Shown in pieces: positions 1-13,560 of a DNA stretch of 64,000 nucleotides; position 1 is the stretch's first letter, and the number at the start of each line of letters is the position of its first letter. The position numbers and the translations under genes were made by a program. Source of the DNA: Gekko japonicus (taxonomy: Eukaryota); NCBI RefSeq assembly GCF_001447785.1, contig NW_015169194.1, positions 488,459-552,458 of the forward strand, read 5' to 3'. The notes beneath the pieces were generated by a model. That model did not search any database. It was not told the origin of the DNA and was given only the letters and a program-made list of their open reading frames with translations.

Positions 1-316
1 TTGAGGAGAGTTTAGGTTAGGTTGGAGAAGGAGCACCTGGTCGCGTCCCGCCGCAGAGCTGCCAGGAAATCTGAGGCGGTCTCGTTGAGGCCCTGGACCT
101 TTGCGAAAAAGTCCAGGCACTCCACAAACTTCGTTGGTTTGGGAGCCAGGTGATCGGTTAGTGCCTTGGCCAAAGAGCTGTACGACTCGTCTTTGGTCAG
201 CTTGGGCGCTATCCACTTTGTGGATGGTGAAGTGGCTCTCGAGAGTTTCCAGCCAGGTCTCCCACTGCAAGGGTTGGGAGATGTAAAACTGGGAGACTCT
301 CTGATGCGGCAGCCAT
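1..316 (-). mobile_element. Degenerate Gypsy/Ty3 gag N-terminus, running off the window start
   Basis: Minus-strand frames give QWETWLETLESHFTIHKV and APKLTKDESYSSLAKALTDHLAPKPTKFVECLDFFAKVQGLNETASDFLAALRRDATRCSF, a Gypsy gag pattern. Frameshifts and a stop are present. Confidence 0.75.
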
Positions 317-568
317 CTTACGGGTTACACGTGGAAGCGAGCGGCGTAGATGGCGGAGCGGTGCTGCTCTCGGGGTTAGCGGGGCGATGCTTGGCGTTGC
401 ATAGAGGCGGAGTGGTGCGGTGCTGCTCTCGGGGTCAGCGGTCCGATGCTCGGAGCTCGGGAGCGGTGAGTGCCGCTTCTCGAAGATGTTCAATGCTGGC
501 GGTGGTGGCAAATTCAGCGCGGCGGCTCACGGCGATGTCCGGAACGTGGTCTCTGTTCAGAGGGAGAT

Positions 569-588
569 GAATCCCACCTTTGTCACTA
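569..588 (-). promoter_or_regulatory. Primer-binding site, tRNA-Ser(GCT)-like
   Basis: Plus-strand gaatcccacctttgtcacta matches a recalled tRNA-Ser 3' end (gaatcccaccttcgtcgcca) at 17/20, mostly CpG-type changes. It lies 1 nt inside the LTR end. Confidence 0.65.
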
Positions 589-589
589 G

Positions 590-899
590 TGAAAAGTGCG
601 CAGACAGAGAGTGATTTCAGCAAAGCGTACTTTATTCAATCAGGAACCAGACGACTTTGGCCGGCTTGCAGGCCGGCTTATATTCCCCGAGAAACCGCCA
701 CCCAAAACACCCCCCCCACTTCCCAATAGGTTATTTACAGTGGCCGAGAGTCCCATAGGCTCTCGGCCGGGAACCTAGCCCCCTGATTGGAGTGGGCTAG
801 GATCCGCATAGTCCATTGTCTCTTGGAGCAAAGCTCGACGTTTGTGCCTGACCGTGTGGAGCCCAAGCCGGCCACGCGGTCTGGACTGGATACATTACA
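590..899 (-). mobile_element. 5' LTR of the Gypsy element, 310 bp
   Basis: Minus strand starts TGTAATGTATCC and ends TTTTCA. It contains CCAAT, a TATA-like box and AATAAA (plus tttatt 631-636), and is followed by the PBS and gag. Confidence 0.75.
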
Positions 900-1994
900 C
901 TTCTCCTCTCTCTTAAGCTTTCTCTCCTCCATGATTCCCCATTTCCTTTTATTTCTGCTGCCTCCCAAGGAAGCAAGCAGCAGGTTCAGGTAATCTGAAG
1001 GCACACAATGCCACTACATTATTAAGACTAAGCCTGTCACTGTGTGGTAGGTGTATTCATACATGCTTTCAATTTTTCAGGCAGACTACTGGAGATCAGC
1101 AGTGACAGTATATTGCCTGCAAGGAACAGAGACACCAAGACAGCATACCAGAGCTGTGAAACAAAACCTGCATAGACACACCACAAATACCAGGCTTTGT
1201 TTTTAGCTCTATCAGAGGGTCTGAGGGCCTGAGGGCCTTCAAAAAGTCACTTAGACGATCTGTGATCTAAGTTAGGTTTGCTTTGTAATGTGCCCCTGTT
1301 ATGCTGAATATTTTTGGAAAACTCTGTATACCCAGTAAGAATAAGTACAGACAAACTTTTATAAAGAATGTTTGTGCATCTTAGCACAAAGGCTCAAGGG
1401 GTTTGGTTCCCATATCTTCAGAAGTTGGTGCTGGTACCTATGAATTTGAAACACTTATTCAGACTTGGGCATGGTTAATACTAAAATCTTTGTTATCAAG
1501 TTCCTAATGAATGATGTTAGTATCTATGTATTTCTAGCCTTACTACTGAACCATAAATTCTATTAATTCTAGGATTCCAATTCTGTACTTTATTATGAAG
1601 CAAGGTATCATTATGAGTGTGTGACATTCTACACAGATTTTCATATTCTGTAACCGCAAACACAAATTTTACTTTGTGAAGACAGATCAGCAAATGGAAT
1701 AAATCTGCATACTGTGAACAATTTATATATATAATAATTCATATGTTTGAGTAAGGAAAGAACTATCTAATTTGTAATATTTTGCAAAATGTTGAGGGGA
1801 GAGGCACTGGAGAAAAGTGTCAGGGAAAAGGAGCAAATCTGTAAAAACAGGATTGTGCAAAGCAGGAGCTCTAAAGTGGGTCTGGCAGTTGTGCTAAAGT
1901 AATAAAATCTGACTTTTTTGGGTGTGTGTGTGTGTACAAATCTAAGTTTCTCAGCTGCTGGGTCCAGCATTAAGATTGTAAGAAAAAGAGATTC

Positions 1995-2575
1995 AATTTA
2001 TACCCCAACTATCCGAAGGAGTCTCAGGCTGATTTCGCACTAGAGCTGCCTCGCTGTTGCGCTGCCGTTTGCCCGGTTCTATTGGTCAATTTCACATCCG
2101 AAGCTGCGCAGCTGATTTTGACCTGCGGCTTCGCCCGATTTCCCCTGCAGTTTCATTATCCTGTTTTTTGAGGATCAACGAAACTGCGGAGAAAATCAGG
2201 CAAAGCTGCGGGTCAAAATCAGCCACGCGGCTTTGGGTGTGAAATTGACCAATAGAACCGGTAGCTTACAACCTTCTTTCCCTTCCCCTCCCCACAACAA
2301 AGGATCATTATTTGATGGATCAGTTAAACTTGTCGCACAGTCGAATCCGAGTCTTTCTGACCCCATGGACCACATGGGGTCCCCACAACAAACACCCTGT
2401 GAAGTAGGTGGGGCTGAGAGAGCTCTTTCAAGAACTGCTCATGAGAGAACAGTTCTGAAAAAACTTATGACTGACCCAAGGTCACACCAGCAGCTTCATG
2501 TGGAGGAGTGGGGAATCAAACCTGGTTCTCCCAGATTAGAGTCCACACTCCTAACCACTACACCAAACTGGCTGC
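1995..2575 (-). mobile_element. tRNA-derived SINE with an L2-like tail, interrupted by two insertions
   Basis: Antisense tRNA-like head (gggaatcaaacctggttctcc...ctaaccactacacc) and a tttataccc...gcttaca tail. Confidence 0.55.
2027..2261. mobile_element. Palindromic MITE-like element, probably Harbinger-type, right end truncated
   Basis: Inverted arms of about 90 bp (2073-2162 and 2171-2261). The element begins GGCTGATTTCGCAC and interrupts a SINE. Confidence 0.65.
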
Positions 2576-3120
2576 CTTGCTGGAGCAGACGACTAGATTA
2601 TTTAGTCCAGCATCCTGGCTTATAAAGTAGCCACGCAGTTATTCTTGAGGGCCAACAGAGCATAGAGCTGAAGGCCATTCTACAATGTTGCCTTCTAGCA
2701 ATAGTATTCAGAGGTTTGGTGCTTTTGAATGTGGAGGTTCCCTTTAGTCACCATGGCTAGTAGCCACTGATAGACCTTATCCTCTATAAATGTGTTCAAG
2801 TCCCTTTTGGGAGAGGCAGAAAAAGTTCTGTCTGCTCTCTCTGCTCCATGCATAGCTTTATAAACCGCTAACACGCCTCCTCCCATTGTCTTTTTTCCTA
2901 AACTGGAAAGTACCAGATTCTTCCTTCATAGAAAGGTGCTAAAACCCCCTGATCATCTTGGTTGCCCGCTTCTGTATTTTTTCCATCTCTTCAATGTCCT
3001 TTTTGAGATATGAAGACCAAAACTGTACCTAACATAGATCTATACAGGGGCATTATAATACTGACAGTTTTATTTTCAATCCCTTTCCTAATAATCCTCA
3101 GCATGGAGTTTGGCTTTAAA
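2575..3120 (-). mobile_element. CR1 LINE 3' fragment
   Basis: Carries the tagtccagcatc...ccatggctagtagccactgatagac block. Related copies lie at about 14095-14400 and 45010-45380. Confidence 0.6.
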
Positions 3121-4209
3121 ACTAAACAGCATACAGATTTCCAGAATCATTGACCAGTGGACTCTGCTAAAGGAAGGTTAGCCATGAGACCTGTCACTTC
3201 AACACCTTTATCATCAAATCATGCAACTCCAGGTTCCAGGTGTTTCACTGAAAAAACAATATAAACTAAATCCACATTGCCACTGTACACTATGTTAAGC
3301 TAATACTAAATAAAAATTGCATTTATGGTCCTGTTTCCCTTTTTAATTTCTCACTGCAACATTAGAAGAGGCACTGTTGTGCTAGTGCCAAGAGAAGCAA
3401 GAATTCATAAACACATGGGAAACACAGAATGATGATTTTTCTCAAGGTTGATCTTGAAACCTAAGTTTGATACCCATACATTTCTGCATCTCTCCAAACA
3501 TATGCAATGTTCTCAAATTACATAGACTAACAGTTTAAGAAGTAGCAGTTGTTTTAGGGGAAATTATACTGAAGAAAGTAGTGGAAGGGATTGGTCAGAA
3601 TATTATGAAAGGCCTTAATTTCCTCAACATTGGCACAACACATAACCCAGCTAACCTTACTATAGCAATTCCTTATGAACACATTATACTAGGTAATAAC
3701 ATCCAGAAGTAAAGGAACAGCAACAATCTCAACTCAGTTCCAAACTGTAGTTAAAAACCATTTGAAGCCCCTTTTTTGGCACACAGAGGAAGGTGCCTGG
3801 CACACTCCAACTTCTCATGCACCCATGGAATTAGGATGTATTTATTTTTAAAATATAACAAATTGTGAAAATAGCTCTTCCTAAAAGAACCATGATTCTT
3901 TTGCCTTCAAGAGGACAGAACTTTGCATGGATTTGAAAATATGAGAAGTTCGTAAAGGAGCTTCAAGACTTGAAATCAAAGTATTGCAGGAAACTGTAGT
4001 GATATCAGTGGTGGTCGCATCAAGGTAAAAAAGAAAGGAAATACGAAGAACCTTTCCCACTATTCCTTAATTGTTGCTTAAAAATTGTACAAAACAGATC
4101 TCTGACCATCAGCAGACCATATTTCCAAATTATAATCAAAAGAGCCATAAAAGTGTCCCAACTAACTCTGTTAGAGTACTGTTACATTAGTAAAACAATA
4201 AAATTTGAG

Positions 4210-5607
4210 AGCACACAATGTTCTTCAATATCTCTGTTCCTAACCAGACTGTATGGATTAAAGCATTTATTCCATCATCTGTTCCCATGTCCATAGTGGG
4301 GATAATATGGAATAAATATTCTGCTTTCCCAATGGCAACCAACAGATGTTTCTCTCAGACATACTCAATACATGGGATACCTTCTGACACAAATTGCTAC
4401 CACCACTCTCCCACTTCTCCATGTTTTTGCATTGACTGATTCCCCCCGCCCCCAGGGTGGACTTAGACCTAATACCTGTTTGGATGAAGGCCAATGTCAC
4501 ACGTCTGATAGACATTGCCTCCAAAACGGACATCCTGTCGAAGGCAGCTCTTGAACAGAAGACAGATCATACAATCCCGTGCATTTTTATCTCCAGCTAA
4601 AACACATGGCTTTGCAGCAACAACTCATAATCCTTACTGCTCCTAAAACTAAATTTGAAGGTTTACTGGATGACTCAACTGGGAAGGAGGGATTAATTAC
4701 CAAGACATATGACATACTTCTACCACTAGACAAACCCAAATTGTTGAATTACCAAAAATTATGGCACCAAGACTGCAAATCGGATTTTACAGACGAGCAA
4801 TGGACCAATATATGATCTGCCACTCTCACTAACACATCAGCTACAACAACCAAACTACAAAACTTTAAGATCCTGACAAGATGGTACCTTACCCACCACA
4901 AATTAGCACTAATCATGTCTTCTTATTCACCATTGTGCTGGAAAGGTTGTAGGGAGGTGGGTTCCTATGCCCACTGCTGGTGGAATGTGGTATCATAAAG
5001 GATTTCTGGAGAGAAATAGCAGCTCAGATACACCTAATATCAGGGCTGGAAATTATTTTTCTGAATATATGGTGTGACACAACAGTCCCTTCAATTAGGC
5101 GGAACCTCATCAGAAGTTTGCTGACTACGACCAAGACGGTGATAGCGTCAAGATGGAAATCTTATCTGCCCCCCTCAAGAGCACTCTGGCTCCAAAAAGT
5201 ATGGGAACATTTCCTGATGGAGACAATAACAAACAACCTCTACCAATCGGAAGTATACCAAAAATCAACTAACTTTATAGAAACATGGTACCCTTTTTAT
5301 GAGTACACCACTGCAAATGACATTTTGCCTCAAAATAGATACTATAAAAATCTGGTAATGATCTAATCATCTTCCCTATTTTTAGATCCTATTCATTTCT
5401 ACATGTTACATTGTTGATGCAGAGCTGATTGCTGAGTTATTCTATTTGCACTTACACACCAGCTTACAAATTCAAAGTACTGTATACTTACCTGGTATGT
5501 TGGATAGTCTAGTTCCACTATTTCTATATGTATGAACCAAGTTTATTTTGTGAAAACCATTTATTTCTTTGTACTATTGCACACTGAAAACATTTTTTCT
5601 AAAAAAA
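4210..5607 (+). mobile_element. 5'-truncated L1 (ORF2 C-terminus, 3' UTR, short A tail)
   Basis: Translates to WYLTHHKL...LCWKGCREVGSYAHCWWEC..IKDFW (L1 ORF2 Cys-rich motif) and IASRWKS..PPS..W. Stops and frameshifts are present. Confidence 0.8.
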
Positions 5608-7768
5608 TCCCTGTTCCTCTTGCATCCTATATCTAGCCCAAAATAGGTTGTGTTTTACCTCTCCAACATATTTATGTGGAGAACAGGTAGTTAATGAAAA
5701 AGAATGAGACGTTTTTATCAAACTGCTGGGTTTTAACTCTTAAATAGGAATGTGCTGCTGGTGCAGAATTAACCAGCTAAAATAACTGTTCTGTTGTACA
5801 CTAGTGAATTACCCATATGTTTGCTTTTCATAAAAGTGATACAAATGTACCTGTGCATAAAGTGAGCTTCTATAAATCATATGTCAAAATTAATCAAATA
5901 AATAGCAGTGTACCTGACATTTTGGTTGATTCTTTCAAAAAGTTTCTCATCCCTTTTGAAGGGTGATGAAGCCACTTCAATTTATGTCAGCCACAAAGAC
6001 AATAAGACAACAGTGAAATGACAACATGTAACTATTATTCTGTATAAAATGTGAGGAATTGCACACCAAACTCAAACCATCAGTTGAAGGCAATATTGCG
6101 CTATAGTTTTAAAAAAGATCAAGTGCCAAGTTCAAACTAGCCTTGATGGATTGATCCAACCCTGAAATTCTGCCCTGCCAACCACCACAAATTCACAGTA
6201 ATCTGTGCGTTGTGTTTCCGCACTGAAAAGGCATCAGGTATGATCATCAATCACAACAGTCATGACATTCAGCAAACCACCCAAAATGTAGGACTGTAAA
6301 ATTGCCATGTATGTGTTATTCCACTCAAGGAAAAAAATAAGCTTTTTTTCTTGAGAACCATTTTATTTTAAGACATTTGCAGGTCTAATATGCCATAATA
6401 AGTCTCATTATGAATCAACAATAAAGTGCTGAATTATGTTACCTGAATCTTAATCTCATTTGTAGTCTTCACTTATGGTTTCCTTATCAAGTCTAAAAAG
6501 CCCTTTCTGCTGCAATAGCTAAGCTGTTGTGCAAGTATTATAAAAATAGATAGCTTTCAGTGGTGTACGTAGCCTCAACATGGCCTCTGATGTTTCCATT
6601 AATATGGCTGAAAGGTATTAGAGAATAAAATGCATGCAAATTATCCATAAGAGTTATTTTAAAACGAAGAGTTGGGGATACTACTTCTGAACTTCCAAAG
6701 CCCCTGCAGAAGCCTACTGATTACAACCATATAGTTATATTAGTAGATGGCTAGGTCTGGACTGACAAGCATCATGCCAACATGCTTTAGTTTCATTTTG
6801 TAGCTAAGAAATGTAGAGTTGTAATTTCAAACTATGTTTGATCTAGTTCTCACTGAACAGTATGATTAAGTTTCAGGTTAAATTTGAAGAAACTCTCTAT
6901 GCCCGGTCACATAATCAGCTCAAGCAAGACATTAGTGCAGAGTCAAAGATGGCAATTCATTAACCTCTTCCCTTACTGCAAGACACAGTAAAATGACTTT
7001 CAGACTTAATTTAAAATGGGTTTGCCAACAAAAACACATTTTACTCCCAAATTCAACACACAGCTATATATATAAAAAAATAGAAAGCAACTATAGAAAC
7101 AGCTTGGGGCAAAAAGTGAGAATTTGGACAGCTGACTGGTATCTTCAAAAATTGTCATGCTGTAAAGAGTATATTTTCAAAGCTCTAAGAAAACTGCAAG
7201 AAACAGGTCAGAGCTGAAAATGGCCAACCGCTGCATAGAAATATGCCAACACACAACAGTCATGTTCAAGCCAGTGCATAGAGAGGATAAAAGCACTTAT
7301 GGTAATTGCAAATGTTAACAAGTTCATACAACTTATAGTTCAGCAATGAACTCATTAGAAAGAGAAGAATAGAAACGCTCAAGCCAGAACAAAAAAAGAT
7401 GACTTTCCAACTATATAAGATCCACACCGGTAAGAGAAAGACAACACCACAAAAATTATTCAACTCGGGCCCAAACAACCAACAGGCAAACTAAACCAGA
7501 ATAGACAAGCCGTTGGCAGACAATTTTAGTGAGTTCAAATATAGCATTACATTTCTAAATAATCCACAAATTATATTATAAGGTATGTTTAAATACTGAG
7601 TAACCAGTTCTGCAAATTTGATTTCAGTAATGCCTTAGCCAATGAGCAGAATGGACCAAGCTAAATGAATGATCGTGAATCGCTGGCATATCACAACAGT
7701 GCTTGAGAAAGCAACAATTAGTGTCACTAACTCAAGTTCCCACAGTACCAAAGGCCTATATCAGACTA

Positions 7769-9078
7769 TCATCTATGGAGCAAAACAAAGTTCTCAAGCT
7801 TTTCTGGGATGTGCCCTTGGTAACCTATGCAATGATTCACAATGACACGGGCAGCAAGACACTGCAGTGTAGTATGGTTGATAGGTTGGATCAAGTTCTT
7901 TGCCATTTCCTTCTCATCCAGCAAGTCAATAGCAGTTTGTTTATGCAAGTTTGTGGCATCAAAATGTGAACCTGACTTGATAAGAAGATTCATGATATCA
8001 GGGTGGTTATTCAGTGCAGATATGTGTAAAGGACTGTTGTCATCAGAGTCTCTAGCATTTACATCAGCACCACATTCCACTAGTATAGCAGTAACTTGCA
8101 AAGAGGGAAATTTACAAACTGGGTAGCGTCCCACACATGTGGTATTCTTGTCAACAGAAAGGTGAAGCGGGCTAAAGTTATTCTTTCCTCTAGGATGTAG
8201 CTTAAGAAATTTGTATATAGTCTGTTTCTTAAAATGATCCTGTTCAGGATTACAGGGAACTTTTTCCAGCAAGCAAATTAGATGCAAAATGATGGAAAGG
8301 GCTTTGTTGAGCTGTATTTGGTCAGGCGGACATTGAGTTTGTTTGATGGCACGCTCTATTTCGAGGACACTTTTGCACAGTATACCCATAAGATCATCAA
8401 ATGTAACAGTTGTGCCAAGCAGGCCTTTTGCCCTGTCCTGTAACATGAAAGAGAAAAGTTCAGCAAATGAGAGAAGACTGCTAGCAGTCATAGGACTCAG
8501 TGGGTCCAAATTGCTCTGCTGCATATCTAAAGCATACTTCCACAAGTTGATGCATCGTTTGAAGTTTCCAGAATCTGCATAGACAGCACCTCTGTACCGA
8601 ATATAGTAGGATGTATCTGGGTGAGAAGGCCCCAGAATACGTTCTCTAATTAACAGCGCTTGCATTCTCATCTCATCAGGGTCTGCAATGAGGTTTTCCA
8701 GCTCTTCAGCACTATTTACCTCCTTGGCATAATCATAGGCCATTATTAATGTTTGAGGTACAGGTTTGCTTAGGATATTAGTCCTATCACTGTACCTCAT
8801 ATCCATAGCTCTTTTCCAGTATTTCAAAGCACCAAGCAAATCTCTCTTTTTGTCCACAAATGTGGCTCCTAGAAGTTCCAGTGCATTGATACGTTCCACT
8901 TTACTTGTCTCAACATGCTGGGTCAAAAAGTCAACTATGTTTGTGTGGCCTGTAACGCTAGCCGAGAGAAGTGGAGTCATTCCATAGCCATCTTTTTCCA
9001 TCTTTGCACAATACTTGAGAAGCATCTTCATGATTTCCAAGCTACCAGATTCTGCACAGTCATGCAAAGCTGTGTTTC
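7769..9078 (-). CDS. FEM1C: Protein fem-1 homolog C, last coding exon
   Basis: GNTALHDCAESG...HTTLQCLAARVI (ankyrin/TPR repeats, VHL box). Acceptor ttttccccacag. 544+1310 nt = 617 aa plus stop. Confidence 0.98.
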
Positions 9079-9276
9079 CTGTGGGGAAAAAGAAAGCAAT
9101 GATCATGTATGCTATGATGCACTTTCAAAGAAAGGCCACACCAATTGAAAGAGAAAAGCTTGCAGCCTTGCACACATCAAATTAATCTGCAAGTAAGTTA
9201 GGTTGAGAACGTTGAACATCATAAATAGCTGTGAGAGTTGATGTTTGACAAAAGTGGTATTTTAATCTATATCGCA

Positions 9277-9460
9277 TGAACACACAAATCAGAACCTTGG
9301 TCCATCAAAGTTAGTAGTGTCTTCTCAGACTGCTCCAGGATCTCAGGTAGAGGTGTTTCACATCACCCACTGTGAGTTACTTTAACAAAAGATGCAACGG
9401 ATTGAATTTGGGACCTTCTGCATACCAACCAGATGCTCTACCACTGAGCCACAGCCCCAC
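9277..9460 (-). mobile_element. Squam3-like tRNA-derived SINE
   Basis: Antisense head gggaccttctgcat...gctctaccactgagc and catgaacaca tail. Related to the copy at 40778-40988. Confidence 0.55.
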
Positions 9461-12084
9461 TCCCACACATCATTAACACATCAATAGGGTAACATTCCTC
9501 ATTAGTCACTTATATAACTTTTCATAGTTGCATTTGAAAAAAATAATAACCATGAATAGTCTTGGGTTCCCCACCCCTCATTTGCCAACCCAAAGATACA
9601 CCAACCTTTCACTAGGACCTTCTACTGTAGCTGTTCTACTGGAGCACTTATTGTAAAAGTCTGTTGATACACATTTTTAACTGGACATTTAGCTGCATTC
9701 CAAATCATTTACAGTACCTGAGCAAATAAGCTTGGGAAGAAGATATGGGAAAGCCCTTTCTACTAGCATAATCAGATTACCTATTCCATAGGCAATATTT
9801 GAGCTGCAATCACATGAAACAATGATAATAGTGTTAGATAACTACTTTCTGCAAGTGTCATTCACATGCCATGCTTTACCTCTATACTGTTCACACACTT
9901 TGAGAAAGACATATATTATTTCCCCCCCAAGAGTTAAGCAGACGGGCATATTTTTTATGGTACAGAGGTTGCTGGTTTTATTGCAGCAAACAGTGGTGTA
10001 CAATTTAAGAAAGTGTTTTTACTTTTCTATTCTGTTTAAGCATACCATTCTTCTATCAACCAACAATCAGATTCCTCCAAGAGAAATACATTCACTAACA
10101 GAGTTCTCTTTTCAACAGTGCAAACAGCCACCCTCTCCATCACAGAGAACCACGCTAGAATGTAGAACCATCCACCATTATTTTAGCATGTTTCCCATAA
10201 AGAAACATAGCAAGGTGGAAAGTTATAGTAGACACAAAGCTCCATGTAGGTTTCTAGTCAGCACATACAAAGACCAAAGGAAATTATAAAATAATCATCA
10301 TACAACCTAGAGTAGGCACCTTTCTCTGCTGTGTCAAAGAGGCAAGCCAAGACAATTTCTTGCAAGCAGAATCTCTGTTGGGGTGGGGGGTGGGGAGTCT
10401 ACCACTTAACCTGAGAGACTAGGGCAATTCCATGGTAAGTACCCCATTTCTGGCATGTTCTCACAAATATGTCTGACAATAATAAGACAACTGAAATGGC
10501 AGACAGAGGTGTTCATATAATAAAAGTAAACACTGCTTTTGATACACTTCAAGTTGCATAACTGAAAGTATATATGCCTATGTAGGTAGGTGTATGTCAA
10601 GGAGTTCAAGGCCTGAACCCTGTGGGTCCTCAGGGCAGTTGCATACAAGTAACCAGAACATTGTTTATTTTAAAAAAGAATTTAAAATGTATTTCAATTT
10701 CAATCAATAGAAAGATTTAATATGCAGCCAACACACTACTCTAAAATCATAAGAAACACTAACTCAACTGTCTAACACTCTCAGGGCTTGCATTAGACAG
10801 CACAAACCTTAAATTCCAAAATCAAAGCCCAAAGCACAGGTGTGGTCTACATTGCTGGCAACTGCAATACAAGACAGGTCCATTAAGATCGCAGCTAGTC
10901 TCTCTTCTTCAGGGCCTACACTAACTTATACTTTTTGGCTCAGTAGCATCAGGCGAGGATGACATCCAATCAAAACACATTCTTAGGGAAAGCCTCTAGA
11001 AAATTACCTCATCGCCCTTGACACACACACACACCCCATCCAACAGGCTGCGGGTTCTCATGAGACGCTAATCATGCCATTTCCATTCCTGGCCTTGAGG
11101 ATGACAAGGCCAAGAGACCAATTCGTGACACCTGCAAGATGGACCAGGCCCATTACTATTCACATTAACCTCATTAACCCATTACTATTCACATTTGCCT
11201 CATAGTGTATCATCAGCATTCACTTGTAAGTATATCTGCTTATGCCGAGCTTGTCCATTGAAACTGCAAATTAGAGTGCTTTTTCAGAACAGGTAAATGT
11301 ACAGGTATCCATTCAAGCAATAAATATTACTTAATCACCTGCTATCACTGCAATGCTGCAGAACGTTCATGAAAAATCCAACTAAGGAAACTTCCAATTA
11401 AAAAAATGTTTCCAAGCAGTGCTGTTTCTGGAAGAAAAAAAGAAGCCAGCCTGTCTCGAAAAATGTTCACATGGGGCTTGGATAAAGGAGGACCATTACA
11501 GGCAAGCAAGCAAACATTGCTGGGATAACACCCAAAGGGATAACCAAGCCAGGGTGCATTGAGGTAGGATACTTTAAAGAAAGGGTGAAGAAATCTGAAA
11601 TTGATGGGGGCCAGGGATCTGAAAATTTTAAATACCACAGCATTTATTACCATTTAAAACATTTATTAGCCAACTTTTTCACTTGCAGCACTCAAGGTGC
11701 CTTATAATGTAAACAAAACAAGCATTAAAAACACATTAAAATATCCACAATTTAAAATCTCAATCAGGACTGCCAATAAATAAAAAATAAATTAGTCAAA
11801 TGCAGTCCTAAATAAAAATGTATTCAACTGCCTCCTGAAGAACAAAAGCACACCTCCCTGGGAAGACTGTTCCATAGCCATGGGACTGCCACTGAAGAGG
11901 CCCTCTCTTGTGTGCCCCCCAGATGAGCTTCTTTGATCAGTGGGATAGTCAGGAGGGCCTCTCCCTATGTTCTTAATTCCCAGGCAGGAACATGTGGGAG
12001 AAAACAATCCTTCATACACCCTGGTCCCAAGCCATGAACGACACTAAAGGACAAAACCAACAGCTATCCCAGAGACACCCACTG

Positions 12085-13560
12085 GATTGTGGTGTGCCTC
12101 AAGGGGCGGTGCTGTCCCTGATGCTCTTCAACATCCATATGCGCCCCCTTGCCCAGATTGCCTGAAGGCATGGGCTGGGTTGTCACCAGTGTGTGGATGA
12201 CACCCAGCTCTATCTGCTGTTGGGCGGCCAGTCTGACTTCAAACCAGAAGATCTGGACCGGGCGTTACAAGCCGTGGCTGGTTGGCTTAGACTGAGCCGA
12301 CTGAAACGGAATTCTTGTGCCTGAGTTGGAGTGGGTCGGGGTTAGGGTTCCCACTCCCGACCTTTGATGGGGCACCCTTGGTGCCAGCACCAGAGGTTAG
12401 GAGCTTGGGAGTGCTCCATCAAGGCCCAGGTAGCAGCCACTGCCAAATCGGCATTTTACCATCTTCAGCTGATGAGGCAGCTGGTTCCCTTCCTCGAATG
12501 CAACAACCTGGCGACAGTGATCCATGCAATGGTCACCTCAAGATTGGACTACTGTAGTGCTCTCTACATGGGGCTGCCCTTGCGTCAATTCCGGAAGCTG
12601 CAGCTGGTGCAAAATGCCGCGGCCAGGCTTTTGATGGGGCTCTCTGGGCAGGAGCACATACAGCCTGTGCTGAAGGCATTGCACTGGCTGCCGATAGCAT
12701 ACCAGATTCGTTTCAAGGTGCTGGTTCTAACCTTTAAAGCCTTACATGGTCAGGGACCTACATACCTAAGGGACCGCCTTTCCCCACATGTTCCTCAGAG
12801 AGCACTATGGTCAGGGGCCCAGAATCGACTGGCCCTTCAGGGTCTTAAGGAGGCTAGGCTGTTGACGACCAGGGCCAGGGCCTTTTCGGTGGTGGCCCCA
12901 TCCTGGTGGAATGAGCTCCCGGAGGAGATCAGGGCCCCGCGGGACCTTTTACAGTTCCTCAGGGCCTGTAAAACAGAGCTCTTCCACCAGGCTTTTGGGA
13001 GCCACCACCACCAGTGAAGAATATCAGTTGGCTGAAAGTGAGAGGGCCCTGGACTCTGGACTCCGGAAATAGCCATCAACAGCCTAAAGAACAGCAAGCC
13101 CTACAAGGACATTCCAAATGAACACTAAGAGCTGATTGTGAGATAAGAACTTTGTACGTTGTTTACTGGCTACTACCATTGTACGAATACCAACAACTAG
13201 TTCCCTTGCTCGAAAGCCAGTCGAATCCGACTCTAGGGTTGCGGTGCTCATCTCCGTTTCAAAGCCGAAGAGCCAGCGCTTTCCGAAGACGTTTCCGTGG
13301 TCATGTGGCCGGCATGACTAAACACCAAGGCGCACGGAACGCTGTTACCTTCCCACCGAAGTGGTCCCTATTTATCTACTTGCAATTTCTTGCTTTCGAA
13401 CTGCTAGGTTGGCAGGAGTACCAACAACTACTAGCACTTTAATATGATTTTATAATTTGTTTTAATTGCAACTTACATTTTTAATGTAATTACCTGGTTT
13501 TATGTAAGCCGCCCTGAGCCGGCTTCGGCTGGGAGAGTGGGGTAAAAATCTGAATAAATT
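12085..13560 (+). mobile_element. Younger L2 LINE 3' portion inserted into the older L2
   Basis: gtgcctcaaggggcggtg (VPQG motif), DDTQLY and the 217-aa ORF 12364-13017 with L2 C-terminal motifs. The 3' end is gtaagccgccctgagcc...aataaa. Confidence 0.9.
13200..13418 (-). mobile_element. 5'-truncated Sauria SINE
   Basis: Matches the copy at 61941-62291. 12-bp TSD taccaacaacta at 13188-13199 and 13419-13430. Confidence 0.85.

Noticed and set aside
9079-9106. N-terminus MIIAFFFPT of the 445-aa ORF (also the extensions on the FEM1C exon 2 and TMED7 exon ORFs)
   Set aside because: Intronic sequence outside canonical splice sites.
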